Assembly: GCA_030770535.1 (NCBI GenBank)
Contig: JASVEC010000001.1
Coordinates: 2,418,001 to 2,482,000, forward strand
Reading direction: 5' to 3'
From: Batkoa obscura
Lineage: Eukaryota
Length of the DNA: 64,000 nucleotides
Positions 52,573-64,000 of this stretch are shown here, in pieces; the stretch's first letter is position 1; each line of letters begins with the position of its first letter. A program made the translations under genes and the position numbers. The notes under the pieces were generated by a model. That model saw only the letters and a list, made by a program, of their open reading frames with translations. It was not told the origin of the DNA and did not search any database.

Positions 52573-54969
52573 ATGATTAGAACACTATCAAAGAAATTTT
52601 GTTTAAAAGTAAGTATATATGTTATATATAATTATACTTGTTATTAACTAACAACAACTAATTTAATTATTATATTCAATAGTCTCAAAGTAAGTAGTTT
52701 TTATTTTTTTTAAAATGATAGACTAATAGCACTGTATAGAGTCTTTAATTAAAGCTTCTGGGTTTCATAACTCCTCAACATCATATAAGATTTTTGGCTC
52801 ACAGCCATTAAATGCAAAGTCAGCAGAAGTAATTTCTATTAAATGTACAACAAATCCAAAGTAATAAACTTATTCTTTTAGTCTTTATTAAAAGATTATC
52901 CAATTATTGATCATCAGTATGATGCTGTAGTGGTTGGTGCTGGTGGTGCTGGTTTACGTGCTGCTTTTGGTTTAGCTGAAGCTGGTTTTAAAACCGCATG
53001 TATTACTAAACTCTTCCCTACTCGCTCACATACTGTAGCTGCCCAAGTAATCTAAATTACCATTATTACTATCAAACTTACTTACAATTTAAAGGGTGGT
53101 ATTAATGCTGCTTTAGGAAATATGGGAAAAGATGACTGGAGATGGCATATGTATGATACTGTTAAAGGCTCTGATTGGTTAGGTAACTTCTATTATTTAT
53201 CAAGATTTCATATATCAAAACAAATTAGGTGACCAAGACGCTATTCATTATATGTGTCGTGAAGCACCTAACACTGTTATCGAACTTGAACATTATGGTG
53301 TACCTTTTTCTCGTACTGAAGAAGGCAAAGTCTATCAGCGTGCTTTTGGTGGTCAAAGTTTAGATTATGGAAAAGGTAGAGCTATGACAAAACTATTATA
53401 TTTAACTAATAATAAAATAATTAGGTGGACAAGCTCATCGTTGTTGTGCTGTAGCCGATAGAACTGGTCATGCTATTTTGCATACATTATATGGACAATC
53501 TTTACGTTATGATACCACTTACTTTATTGAATACTTTGCTTTAGATTTAATCATGGAAGATGGTGAATGTAAAGGTGTTATTGCTTTAAATATGGAAGAC
53601 GGTACTCTTCATCGTTTCCAATCTCATCAAACTGTACTTGCTACTGGTGGTTACGGTCGTGCTTACTTTTCTTGTACTTCTGCTCATACCTGTACTGGTG
53701 ATGGTAATGCTATGGTTGCACGTGCTGGTCTTCCACTTCAAGATCTTGAATTTGTTCAATTTCACCCTACCGGTATTTATGGATCTGGATGTTTAATCAC
53801 TGAGGGTATTAATTTATTTCATATATTTGATAATAATTTTAATTGTAAATTTAGGCTCTCGTGGTGAAGGAGGTTATCTTCTCAACAGTGAAGGAGAACG
53901 ATTCATGACACGTTATGCTCCAACCGCTAAGGATCTTGCTTCTCGTGACGTTGTATCACGTTCAATGACAATGGAAATCCGTGATGGTCGTGGTGTTGGA
54001 CCTGAAGGTGATCATATTTACCTCCAACTTTCCCATTTACCTGCTGAAATTCTTCGTGAACGTCTCCCTGGTATTTCAGAAACTGCTGCTATTTTCGCTG
54101 GTGTTGATGTTACTAAAGAACCAATTCCAGTCATCCCAACTGTCCATTATAACATGGGTGGTATCCCTACCCTTTACACTGGTGAAGTAATTGATCATAA
54201 GGTAAAATTAATATATAATATTGTAGAATAATAATTGAATTACATATATTAGAACGGTAAAGATACTATTGTCCCTGGTTTATACGCTGCTGGTGAAGCT
54301 GGATGTGTATCAGTCCATGGTGCTAATCGTCTTGGTGCTAACTCTTTGCTTGATATTGTTGTCTTTGGACGTGCCTGTGCTCTTCACATCGCTGAAAACA
54401 ATAAACCAGGTAAACCACATAAACCACTTTCACCTACTGCTGGCGCTGAAACTATATCTGAACTTCATAAGCTTCGTATGGCTGATGGTAAACACAGCAC
54501 TGCTGATATCCGCCTTAAAATGCAAAAGACTATGCAAAGGGATGCTGCTGTTTTCCGTACTCAAGAATCTCTTGATGAAGGTTCAGTTAACATAATGAAG
54601 GTCAATGAATTATTTAAAGATGTTAAAGTAACAGATCGTACAATGATTTGGAATACTGATTTGGTTGAGACATGGGAACTCAAGAATTTACTTACAAATG
54701 CTTGTCAAACTATGATTTCAGCTGCCGCTCGTAAAGAATCAAGAGGTGCTCATGCCCGTGAAGATTTCCAGGTATGTTATACATAACTATAATAATAATT
54801 TTTATATTAATTTTTGTAGAAACGTGATGATGTTGAATGGATGAAACATACCATTTCTCGTCAAGATCCAGAGACTGGTAAAGTAGAATTAGAATACCGT
54901 GGAGTCCAAGCAAATACTTTAGATGAAAATGAATGCAAATCTGTACCTCCATTTGAGCGTAAATACTAA
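52573..54969 (+). CDS. SDH1: Succinate dehydrogenase flavoprotein subunit
   Basis: [72 protein letters not shown]; includes a 7-nt exon at 52683-52689. Confidence 0.97.
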
Positions 54970-55196
54970 TTTTATATTTTAAAACTTGATTAAAATAAAC
55001 GTTGAATAAAAAATAATTTTAAAAAATAATATTTACAACTAAAAATCATTAATTTATTATAATATCTTTTTAAATATTCAAATAATGATATTTAACGAAT
55101 TTGTTAAATACAATTTGTTTTTGTCATTATTTATCATGAATTTATATTTTAAAAACCAAAAAAAAAAGAGCTAATTTTATTTCAAAAAAAAACAAA

Positions 55197-56403
55197 ATGA
55201 TGAAACAAATATCAAGATTTGAGCCAAACCATGACGACTTGGTACATTCACTAAGCTATGATTTTTATGGGACTAAATTAGCGTCTTGTTCAACAGATCA
55301 AAAGATTAAAGTTTACTCTTTTAATTCAACAAAGTTATCTTGGGTGTTATCTGAAAGCTGGAAAGTAGTAGTTTTATTTATTATTAATTTAAATCATTAA
55401 TATTTAGGCACATGAAGCAACCATATTAAAAGTATGCTGGGCTCATCCTGAGTTTGGTACCATTATAGCTTCTTGTTCAGCAGATAGAACTGTTAGAATA
55501 TTTGAGGAGACTTTAGTGGAACATAATTATAATAATTTATCTGGAACAACGAATAATAAGAGATGGGTAGAAAGAGCTAAGTTAATAGAGTCAAGAGGCC
55601 CAGTAATGGATATTCAGTTTGCGCCATCTCATTTAGGATTAAAATTGGTAATAGACATTTAATATTATTATCAATTGCTTATAAATAGGCAACTGTTTCC
55701 TGTGATGGTTATGTTAGGATCTATGAAGCTATGGATGTCATCAACTTAAATAACTGGAGTTGTATGGAAGAGATACCCATCGAAAATATACCAACCAATA
55801 AAGAAGGATTTCAAGAAGGGCTTTGTTTAGCTTGGTGTCACTCAAAGTTTTGTTCCCCACAAATAGCAGTTGGTTGTGGTCCAGACAACTGTGTTAAACT
55901 GCTTAGAAGCGACCAGTCAACGAATGGTAAGTTTCAATTTAAAGAAAAATTATTTGACCATGAAGGGCCAGTTCATTCTGTAAGTTGGGCACCTAACTTT
56001 GGTAGGTCGTTCGAGTTGATAGCTACTGGCAGTAAAGACACAAAAGTACGACTTTTTAAACTTTTTGATCCAACTTATTATGCTTCCAACTCAGAAAGTA
56101 CACTTAATTATGAGATTGATATTATTGCAAGTTTTAGTGAACATAGTATGGAAGTATGGAAGGTAGAGTTTAATATTTTAGGCACTATTTTAGCATCTTC
56201 AGGCGATGATGGTAAGGTGTTGCTGTATAAAGGTATTGATAAAATAAAACATCAATAGTTTAATTTTATTAAATTTATTTTTAGCTAGTCATGGAGTAGA
56301 TTGGAAATGTATGAGTATTATTTCTTCAGATACAAACCAGCAACCACCAAATCCAATGTCAAGTATCAACCATAATAATGGCTTTGATATTACCCAAGAA
56401 TAA
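55197..56403 (+). CDS. SEH1: WD40 nucleoporin/SEA-GATOR2 subunit Seh1
   Basis: HDDLVHSLSYDFYG..LASCSTDQKIKV, WAHPEFG, FAPSHLGLKL, SWAPNFGRSFELIATG, GTILASSGDDGKV. Confidence 0.92.
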
Positions 56404-56572
56404 ATTAGTTTACAAATGAAATAAAAGTAAAATCATAAAATATCTTATATTATCTATTATATATATTGTTAATTTTATTTGTTGTTAAATATTAATGAAA
56501 TCAAAAATGAGCCAAATAATATTAAATCGATTTACATTATAATAATATAATAATATAATAATATATTTTAAT

Positions 56573-57736
56573 TTATTGATCTAATTGTTGACCAAGTTTA
56601 GAAACAATACCAACTACTTCATTACCAATTTCGTTGGTGATAGCATCAAGTGGAAGATCATTAGCATCATAACCAAATGGATTCTCAATTTCTTGACCTA
56701 TAGCATCAATACCATATAGGGTAAATGCTACAATAGAAATAATTGGTACAGCATAGTATTTAAGCTCAGTGAGTGTAAAAGGCAAAAAGAGCAAATAAAG
56801 AGTTACAGCTTGCTTCAAATGAATAAGGTAAGCAAGTGGAATAGGAGTACGCATAATGCGTTCTAAGCCAGATAAAGAGTCAACTAAACTAGTCAAATAC
56901 CCATTCATAGCATTGTTAGTTTGAGGATCAATTAAATTACTTTGACGTTTAGAAAATACATATTTGTTAATATAGAATATAATATCAATTGGTAAATTAA
57001 CTGATACAGCATCAGAATCAACCTTAAGCGAAGCAGTATCAGAATTGAAAGAGCCATAACCAGATTGATGAAACTTACGTTGTGTTAATACATTATTTTC
57101 TTTAGTTCCAAAATCATTGACACTAGTAAGATTTGGTAAGCTAGTAGGTTCATGAGTTGGCCCTCCGTAGGTCATATCAACTGGTTGGAATTTTTCAGAG
57201 CGAATATCAACTGGAAGTAAATGATCCAACTCTTGATGACGAGATTCAAGCTCATCTCTCAAATAATGCTTAGTTGCTAACGCAAATGCTATAGTATACT
57301 TCATGACATCCATCTTTTCCCATATGTCATTATTATTTTGTGTAGGAATCATATAAATTCCTCTAACTAAGTTTCTTATGCTAGATTTGATAACAGTCCA
57401 TAAACGACGCCCTTCATAATACCTGTCATAAGCAGTATTTGTACGAAATACTAATAGTAAACCAACAACAACAGAAAGGGAAGGAACTAAAAATTATAGT
57501 TGAGTCAAATCTCAATAAATGATCAAATTTAGTTATTTACCTATACTATTTGGGAGGTTAACATGGTAAACATTTTGATTAATATAAATAATTAAAATTG
57601 TATAGAGGGTGGTAAAAATAACTGGAGTAATAACTGAAGGTATAACTGAACCAGTAAATCTAAAGAAATCTGGATAAGATATAATTTTTCTCTCTAATGT
57701 CGGAGATACATAAGAATTATCAAGCGAAATTGCCAT
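56573..57736 (-). CDS. Bestrophin-like UPF0187 (YneE/VCCN) channel
   Basis: VVVGLLLVFRTNTAYDRYYEGRRLW, LERIMRTPIPLAYLIHLKQ, IGQEIENPFGYDANDLPLD; one intron. Confidence 0.92.
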
Positions 57737-58413
57737 TTTATTATACAAATAGTGTTAGATGCTAGCAATTAAATGGTTCAACAATGTTCATAAAATTTAA
57801 ATATCCACTGTTTAAATCATCTACTAAATTAAAGTAGAAAGCAATATGATTGGTCAACCAAAGAGCATGATACATTCAATTCAGATAATAATTTACTTGA
57901 TGGCATTAGAGTTGTTTTGTATAATAGTAACATTAAATATTTTTTATATTAATCCACTTTTAAATGTCTACTATACTACTAATATATATAGTATAATCTA
58001 AAATATTTGAATCTCTCTATCATAAAAACTGTTGGTCAAAAAAAATCTATCAATGAAAATACATTTGCGGCAATTAATTAAAAGTAATTAAAAAAAATTA
58101 TGGAGCATTTCTTGTCATAAAATATATTGAAGATACTCAACTCAACTAAAGCAGTAGTATAACAATACTTTATGTCATTATATAACTAGATATTAATAAA
58201 CTTTACCTTAGCTAAGCTTACTTTGAATACTACATATAATCTTTTCTTTGTTTAATACTTTGTAAAATTTCATTTGAATATTTAACGATACCACCAATCA
58301 AAGAATTCCAAAATAGGAAATTTCAGAATTAGAACATTAAAATTATAATTTATTGCCAATATAAATGTAACTTTAATAAAACTGATATCTTTTTTGTTAG
58401 TCTTTTAATTAAT

Positions 58414-59205
58414 ATGAACGCTTTTGTTTTATACTTACTCACTCTGGTCAGTGTAGTTTTATCACGTCCAAATCTTCGTATTGTCGGTGGTTCAGATGTT
58501 AGCAAACCATTTAAATACCCATTTATGGTCTCTATATTAAAGAATGACGTTCATATCTGTGGTGGAACTTTATATCATGGTAACATGGTAATAACTGCAG
58601 CTCATTGCTCACCAAAAAGTGGCCAAGTACATCTTCACAGTGCAGAGACCCATCGTCATAACCTTGAGCTTTTTTATAAAGAAGAAGGTGGTATGAAACA
58701 TCAAGTTGAATCCGTTTATACTAATTCAAGATTTGATCTTACTACTGGTGCACATGATATAGCAGTTTGGGAGTTAGATGCACCATTTAATAAAGAAGCT
58801 GGTATTGAGCTTGATGATGGAAGTATAAGTAATCAAACAGAATTTCCTCTTAAGTTTATTGGTTGGGGGATAACTGATACTAAAGAAGTTGCAACCATAT
58901 TACAAGAGGTTGTTTTACCAATTATTGACTTTGATAAGTGCAATAAAAAATATAACAATACTTTAATAAAACAAGCTCAATTTTGTACGATGGATAATGA
59001 ACAAAAAAAAGATGCTTGTCAAGGTGACTCTGGAGGCCCAGCTTTTGTAAAGCGAGGCAATAAGTTTATATTAGTAGGTGTTACTTCTTTTGGTGAAACA
59101 TGTGGCCATAGCGAGTTTCCAGGTGTCCAAACTCGTGTTTCTTCTTATAAAGGATTTATTGATGGCATTGTTAACATGACTAATAAAAATAAAACTGGAG
59201 TTTAA
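58414..59205 (+). CDS. Secreted trypsin-like serine protease (S1A)
   Basis: Signal peptide, R|IVGG, ITAAHC, HDIAVW, DACQGDSGGP, FPGVQTRVS. Confidence 0.95.
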   Translation: MNAFVLYLLTLVSVVLSRPNLRIVGGSDVSKPFKYPFMVSILKNDVHICGGTLYHGNMVITAAHCSPKSGQVHLHSAETHRHNLELFYKEEGGMKHQVESVYTNSRFDLTTGAHDIAVWELDAPFNKEAGIELDDGSISNQTEFPLKFIGWGITDTKEVATILQEVVLPIIDFDKCNKKYNNTLIKQAQFCTMDNEQKKDACQGDSGGPAFVKRGNKFILVGVTSFGETCGHSEFPGVQTRVSSYKGFIDGIVNMTNKNKTGV

Positions 59206-59477
59206 GTTCTGTATCAAAGGGACCCTTTTACTAAATTACTATACTTCATATTGTTTGTAACTAAAATATAAACCAAAAAATTAAACTATTTATAAATTAC
59301 AAAACTGTTTAGAATATTAATAAGATTAAAAATAAGTTAATACATTTGTGATAATCTAGTATTTTGATTTTATTAAAGTCCTTAAAAACTCAACTCTAAA
59401 CAAAGTCTGTTATTATTTTATTCAATCTATATCATTAAATCAAATCCTTTTATGCCAAAAGGATAATACCAGTTAAT

Positions 59478-62177
59478 TTATTCGTTCAACTCCTTTAATG
59501 ATTTAATTAGCATATCATGTTCTGGTTCAGTCTCATATGAATCGGATGTTCTTGAAATGAGACTTTTCAAAAGCATTTTTGATTGAAATTTCCAGTCTTT
59601 GCATACGATTTCCCCAGGGGAATTTGGGTTATCTAGAGGACCAAAATTAGAGTAGGCATCAACTAAATCGATTGCAGTTGTTGAACATAAAGAAAATATA
59701 TCGTGTGAAGTTAAAAGGTCTGGATGATTAAGGACACAGCGATAAGCTTTTATATGACTGTCCAATGCTTTTGAAGGATCATGCTTTGGACCAAGAGTAT
59801 AGAATTTAGCTTTAAGTAACCATATTTCATTATTACCAGCAACTTTAGACGTAATATCATCAAGGAGTGTTTCCAACTGATTAGCATGTCTAGAGGATCC
59901 ATTACCTGAGCCATCTTCAATATCAGTTTGTACAGAATTAATTACGATTGATAATACTTCTCTATCAATACATTGATCTTTAACAGTCTCCCATCTTAAA
60001 TCTAGAATACGTTTTATGGCTCTCATAACTAAATTAAAATGGCCCAAATCAACAGCAGTGTATTGTAAATTTGTCCACATTTTCCAATTACCAGGACTAT
60101 GCTTAAGTGCTTGTTGAAGAGATATCAAAGCTTCAGGTTTTTTTCCTTTTCTTATATATATAGTTGCTAGGTTATTCCATGCTTCGCCATTGTCAGGGTC
60201 AATTGAAGTTACCTTTTGGAAACATTTTTGTGCACTATCCCAATCATCGATATGCATGGAAGCACAGCCACAAATAAACCATGAGTTCTCAAAGAGAGGA
60301 TTTATTTTTAAAGCGTTTAAATAACAATCTCTACTTTTACCAAATTCGTTTTTACCATAATAATGAGCTCCTAAAGCACGCATAGCACGAGAAAATCGAT
60401 TGTTTGAAACTTCCCAAGATTTGTACCACCATTCTGGCTCATTTAACACATCACCTTTAAGGCATAACATTTTGGCGGAATTTGGGTTAATTTCTAATTG
60501 ATGATCAACTACTTTGATAGCTTTTTCTGGTTGTTCTAACAATTTATAACATTCAATTATCTGTTCATACATCTCTAATTTTTCGTAAATTTCTAATGCT
60601 GATTTGATTACACCCAAAGACATAAATTTTTCAGCTAATTCTTTTTCCAATTCCCATTTTGAAGGAATTAAAATTGAATAAAAACCCAACATTCTCTCAG
60701 TTACATGTCCATCTCGATCATTAAATTGATCAACTAAAGCCTGTAACTGAAAAACAGATCTTTCAATTGTACGTGACTTGAAACCTTCTAATCTAGATCT
60801 CAAAATGAGCCCCATAGTATGTACCATCCAGTTAATTGGGTTTTCTAAAACCCTAGTAACATAAGGAAACATTTCTTCACGAGTAAGTCCAGTAACAGGA
60901 TTTGAGTTTTTTACGTTAATGCATAATGCTAATAAAATACACTGATCAATGATTTTAAGTGTGGTTTGGTTAGTAACATCAACCTCATCTTCATCTCCTT
61001 TTGATGCAACTTCTGAGAATTTTACTTTCTCCAAAAGAGTATCATCATTCAAATCTAAAGTTTCTGGAACGATTTGTGAGCTATCATGATTGGATTTGGT
61101 ATCAACTTCATGCTCATCATTTTCATCTGGTCTACTTTTAGCCCAGAGAACTAATTGTGTAATATCATTTTGTTGAAATTTTGTTCTTTTTCCCAGGGCA
61201 CCTGTTAATTTCCATTTTAACCCAGTGCATTCTTGAGCTTTAGTATACTGCTCTACTGCATTTTTTTCATTATAAAAATGATGATGGTACAATCCCAATT
61301 CAACATAATAGCGTGCTCTTAATTCTTGAACTTGCTGGGTACTCAAACAATTTTCTGAGTCGCTAACATCTTCTAAGCCAAAACTCGGTAAAGTAGTTAA
61401 TGCCTTATTCATTTGAACTTCTAACTTTTCCAAAGTGCTTCCAGTTGGATTATCTAGAATTCTTTCTCTAATCCAATGACAACGAGATGACCACCAATAT
61501 AAAGTTACAAGGTCACCATCGTCATCATCATTAATTAAGGTATCAAATAATATCAAAGCCAACCATAATAATACTGGCTTTGGAGTCAAATGATAAGCTT
61601 CTTCACCGTCAACTGATAGCTTATCTAGAATTGTCTTATTTAACAAAGATGAATTACCACTGGTTAGTTCGAGAGGTAGTAATGTCATTATATCTAACTT
61701 TGAATCAGGTCCAGTCCACCCGATTTGAATGAACAAACTTAATAAAGAAATACCTAAGGATTGTATAAGGAACTTGTTAACCTTGCTTCCTTTTAAAAAG
61801 TTTGAGACATTTGATTGAAGTCTATTTTCGTACTTTAAAGCCAGTTCTTCAATGCTTGTTTGTTCAAATTCGCTATTTTCTATGAAATACTTTGCTGAAT
61901 ACAATAACTCCTTACTTTGGTCTGATAAAATAATATCCTCGTAATCACCATCTAATATCAAATTTGTTGCATGAAGAGCTTCACGTGCTGGATATAAGTT
62001 TGTGTCTACATCTCCTGATTCAATTCTTTTCAAATGTTCTTTCAAGTCCGACTTGGAGTTAGCACTTCCAGCTAATATTATTAACCACTCAAGATCATTC
62101 ATTGATAGTCCATCTTTTATTATTTTTGATCTTTTGTTAATTCTTTGATCCCTCTCTGTTGCAGTATTACTTTCCAT
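59478..62177 (-). CDS. EMW1: TPR protein Emw1/TTC27
   Basis: Intronless 899 aa; FIQIGWTGP, LSVDGEEAY, LTGALGKRTKFQQ, NDDTLLEK, NWMVHTMGLILRSRLE..RTIERS, C-terminal TPRs. Confidence 0.9.
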   Translation of the reverse strand: MESNTATERDQRINKRSKIIKDGLSMNDLEWLIILAGSANSKSDLKEHLKRIESGDVDTNLYPAREALHATNLILDGDYEDIILSDQSKELLYSAKYFIENSEFEQTSIEELALKYENRLQSNVSNFLKGSKVNKFLIQSLGISLLSLFIQIGWTGPDSKLDIMTLLPLELTSGNSSLLNKTILDKLSVDGEEAYHLTPKPVLLWLALILFDTLINDDDDGDLVTLYWWSSRCHWIRERILDNPTGSTLEKLEVQMNKALTTLPSFGLEDVSDSENCLSTQQVQELRARYYVELGLYHHHFYNEKNAVEQYTKAQECTGLKWKLTGALGKRTKFQQNDITQLVLWAKSRPDENDEHEVDTKSNHDSSQIVPETLDLNDDTLLEKVKFSEVASKGDEDEVDVTNQTTLKIIDQCILLALCINVKNSNPVTGLTREEMFPYVTRVLENPINWMVHTMGLILRSRLEGFKSRTIERSVFQLQALVDQFNDRDGHVTERMLGFYSILIPSKWELEKELAEKFMSLGVIKSALEIYEKLEMYEQIIECYKLLEQPEKAIKVVDHQLEINPNSAKMLCLKGDVLNEPEWWYKSWEVSNNRFSRAMRALGAHYYGKNEFGKSRDCYLNALKINPLFENSWFICGCASMHIDDWDSAQKCFQKVTSIDPDNGEAWNNLATIYIRKGKKPEALISLQQALKHSPGNWKMWTNLQYTAVDLGHFNLVMRAIKRILDLRWETVKDQCIDREVLSIVINSVQTDIEDGSGNGSSRHANQLETLLDDITSKVAGNNEIWLLKAKFYTLGPKHDPSKALDSHIKAYRCVLNHPDLLTSHDIFSLCSTTAIDLVDAYSNFGPLDNPNSPGEIVCKDWKFQSKMLLKSLISRTSDSYETEPEHDMLIKSLKELNE

Positions 62178-62663
62178 ATTTATAAATTCAATATATTATA
62201 TTACAATTATATACTATGTTAAAGTTTAAAAATATTATTTCAATCAATTCAGTTTTGTACTTTTTTCAAAGTGGTTCAAGCCTCAAGAAACTTCTGGAAT
62301 TAAGGGATGAAGTTAAATATCAAATTTCTTTCCTTCAACCTATCATTTTCTCAGGATATAGTATACAATAATATTTGATAGGAGGCTTAAACTCACCTAT
62401 CACCTGATTACTAATACACCCTTATTTGTTGCTTTAGTTGTAAATTGGATTGCAGTGGAGGATTGTACTTTTGCAAAATTTAAACTCAAACTCTTGGCTT
62501 ATAAATAACTCAAATTGTTTTTGGTAGAAGTTTTGTTCTTTTGGGTAAATCCTACCTTTTAAACATCAAAAATTTAATAAAATTGTAAAATTGTCCCATA
62601 ATTTGTACTTTCGAAAACGTGGATTTCCAATATAATTTTGAATAGCATTTTTTAATATTCAAA

Positions 62664-63439
62664 ATGACATTATTTTCAAGCAGCAGGGGAATGTTAAAGT
62701 CCCTTGAAAGAAATCTCAACCATGTAATATTCAAAGGAAATAACCAATTTATAAATTTTAGACGCTTTGTAGCCAGTAAGCACAGTTATTCTTCTGCTAT
62801 TGAAACTGAAATGCCATCCATTACCTCGTTATCTAAAAAAGGGTTCAATTTAAAAGATCATAGAAAATATCAAAATATGTTGTTAGCAAACACTAAATTT
62901 TACTGTTTGGATCAACCGCTTTTAGGAATTAAAAAAGATGGCTCGATTACAGATTGGGCTTTAATGCCATCTTTAACCAAAGAAGAATTTGATGTAAACT
63001 TAGCATTTAATGCCAAAGAGACTAACGATGTATTTGATGGTAAATTTATATAGTAAATAATCTTTTAATTTATTTAAAATTTTAAGAGTTGGAGAAGGCT
63101 CATAAATATGAAGCAGCCTTTGAGCGTTTTCACGAATCTATTCCAGAAGATGGCCCGTTAGAAGTTCAATACATAAATGGAAATGAGAATAGTATAGCAC
63201 TCAGTATTCAAAAAGAGAATAAGGATAATGATGACGAAATGGCATTAAAGGATACACAAGTAGATATAATGTTAGATAATATATTAGACTCTATGAATAA
63301 CCCCATACGCAGTAAAAGAAGGCGTGTTGGTTACTATACTACTAGTGTATTGAGAAAACGTCGACTTAAGATGAATAAGCACAAATACAAGAAGCTCCGC
63401 AAACGTACCCGTGCCCTTCGTAAACGTCTTAATAAATAA
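62664..63439 (+). CDS. Mitochondrial small-subunit protein mS38 (Cox24/AURKAIP1-like)
   Basis: Mitochondrial presequence in exon 1; C-terminal TSVLRKRRLKMNKHKYKKLRKRTRALR; one intron near 63040-63086. Confidence 0.85.
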
Positions 63440-64000
63440 ACTTAGAACTACTCTATTTTAAAAAAAGGGCCAAGTTCATATTATAGAGTAAGTTTTGTTT
63501 TATAATTGTATTTTGTATATACTTATAGTATTATTAATCTATTTATTTGACAAGCATATAGCTATATAAAAGCCTTATTTTTTATTTCATTGATGGATAA
63601 AGTTTTGTCTATTAATCAAAAGTATCCTTAATTATAGATAGCTATTTATTTGTAAAATGTTTTTTCTTCTCTAATGCATACGTATCCTCTAAAAAAATAA
63701 TCTTGTCTTCTCTTATTTTTGTATATCATTGATTTATTTTAACAATTTATACATAGAATTTCATAAGCAATTATGACATGAGTGAGTTAATCGATACTAT
63801 TAGTTACATCCTATATAGTATATCTACTTTATATTATCTTATGAAGCCTATTGTTTTTATGTATTATACTTAATAAATTGAGTTTTAAATATAGGAATCT
63901 TACCATGAGCATCTTAGGAAACTTGTAGACAGATAAATCATGAAAAGGCATAAATACATAAATTAGATTTTGTATTTATAAAATGTTAAATTAGAAAAGT

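Overview
Very AT-rich, gene-dense eukaryotic DNA with short (~45-65 nt) GT-AG introns and the standard genetic code. It is fungal; the gene content (Dad3, Pho91-like, Acr3, two secreted trypsins, canonical PARG, FANCE-like) suggests an early-diverging, Conidiobolus/Entomophthorales-like lineage (inference). About 32 protein genes can be assembled by hand. Several are missed or fragmented by the ORF track: Yippee/Moh1, Dad3, Cmc4, LYRM2, a Tctex-1-domain protein and a FANCE-like protein. Main non-routine observations: (1) an apparently obligatory single-nucleotide exon (G43436) in a lysophospholipid acyltransferase gene; (2) a ~104-bp TIR/TA-flanked MITE family with 7 copies, two pairs inverted and one copy directly after a stop codon; (3) animal-like DNA-repair genes (canonical PARG with Asn at a catalytic Asp position; FANCE C-terminal domain); (4) a TCTEX1D-like dynein light chain split by a long acidic insertion; (5) an intronless, bacterial-looking Acr3. 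No tRNA, rRNA or CRISPR array was recognised, and no clearly new multi-gene system is demonstrable. All family assignments come from motif recognition by eye, not database searches.
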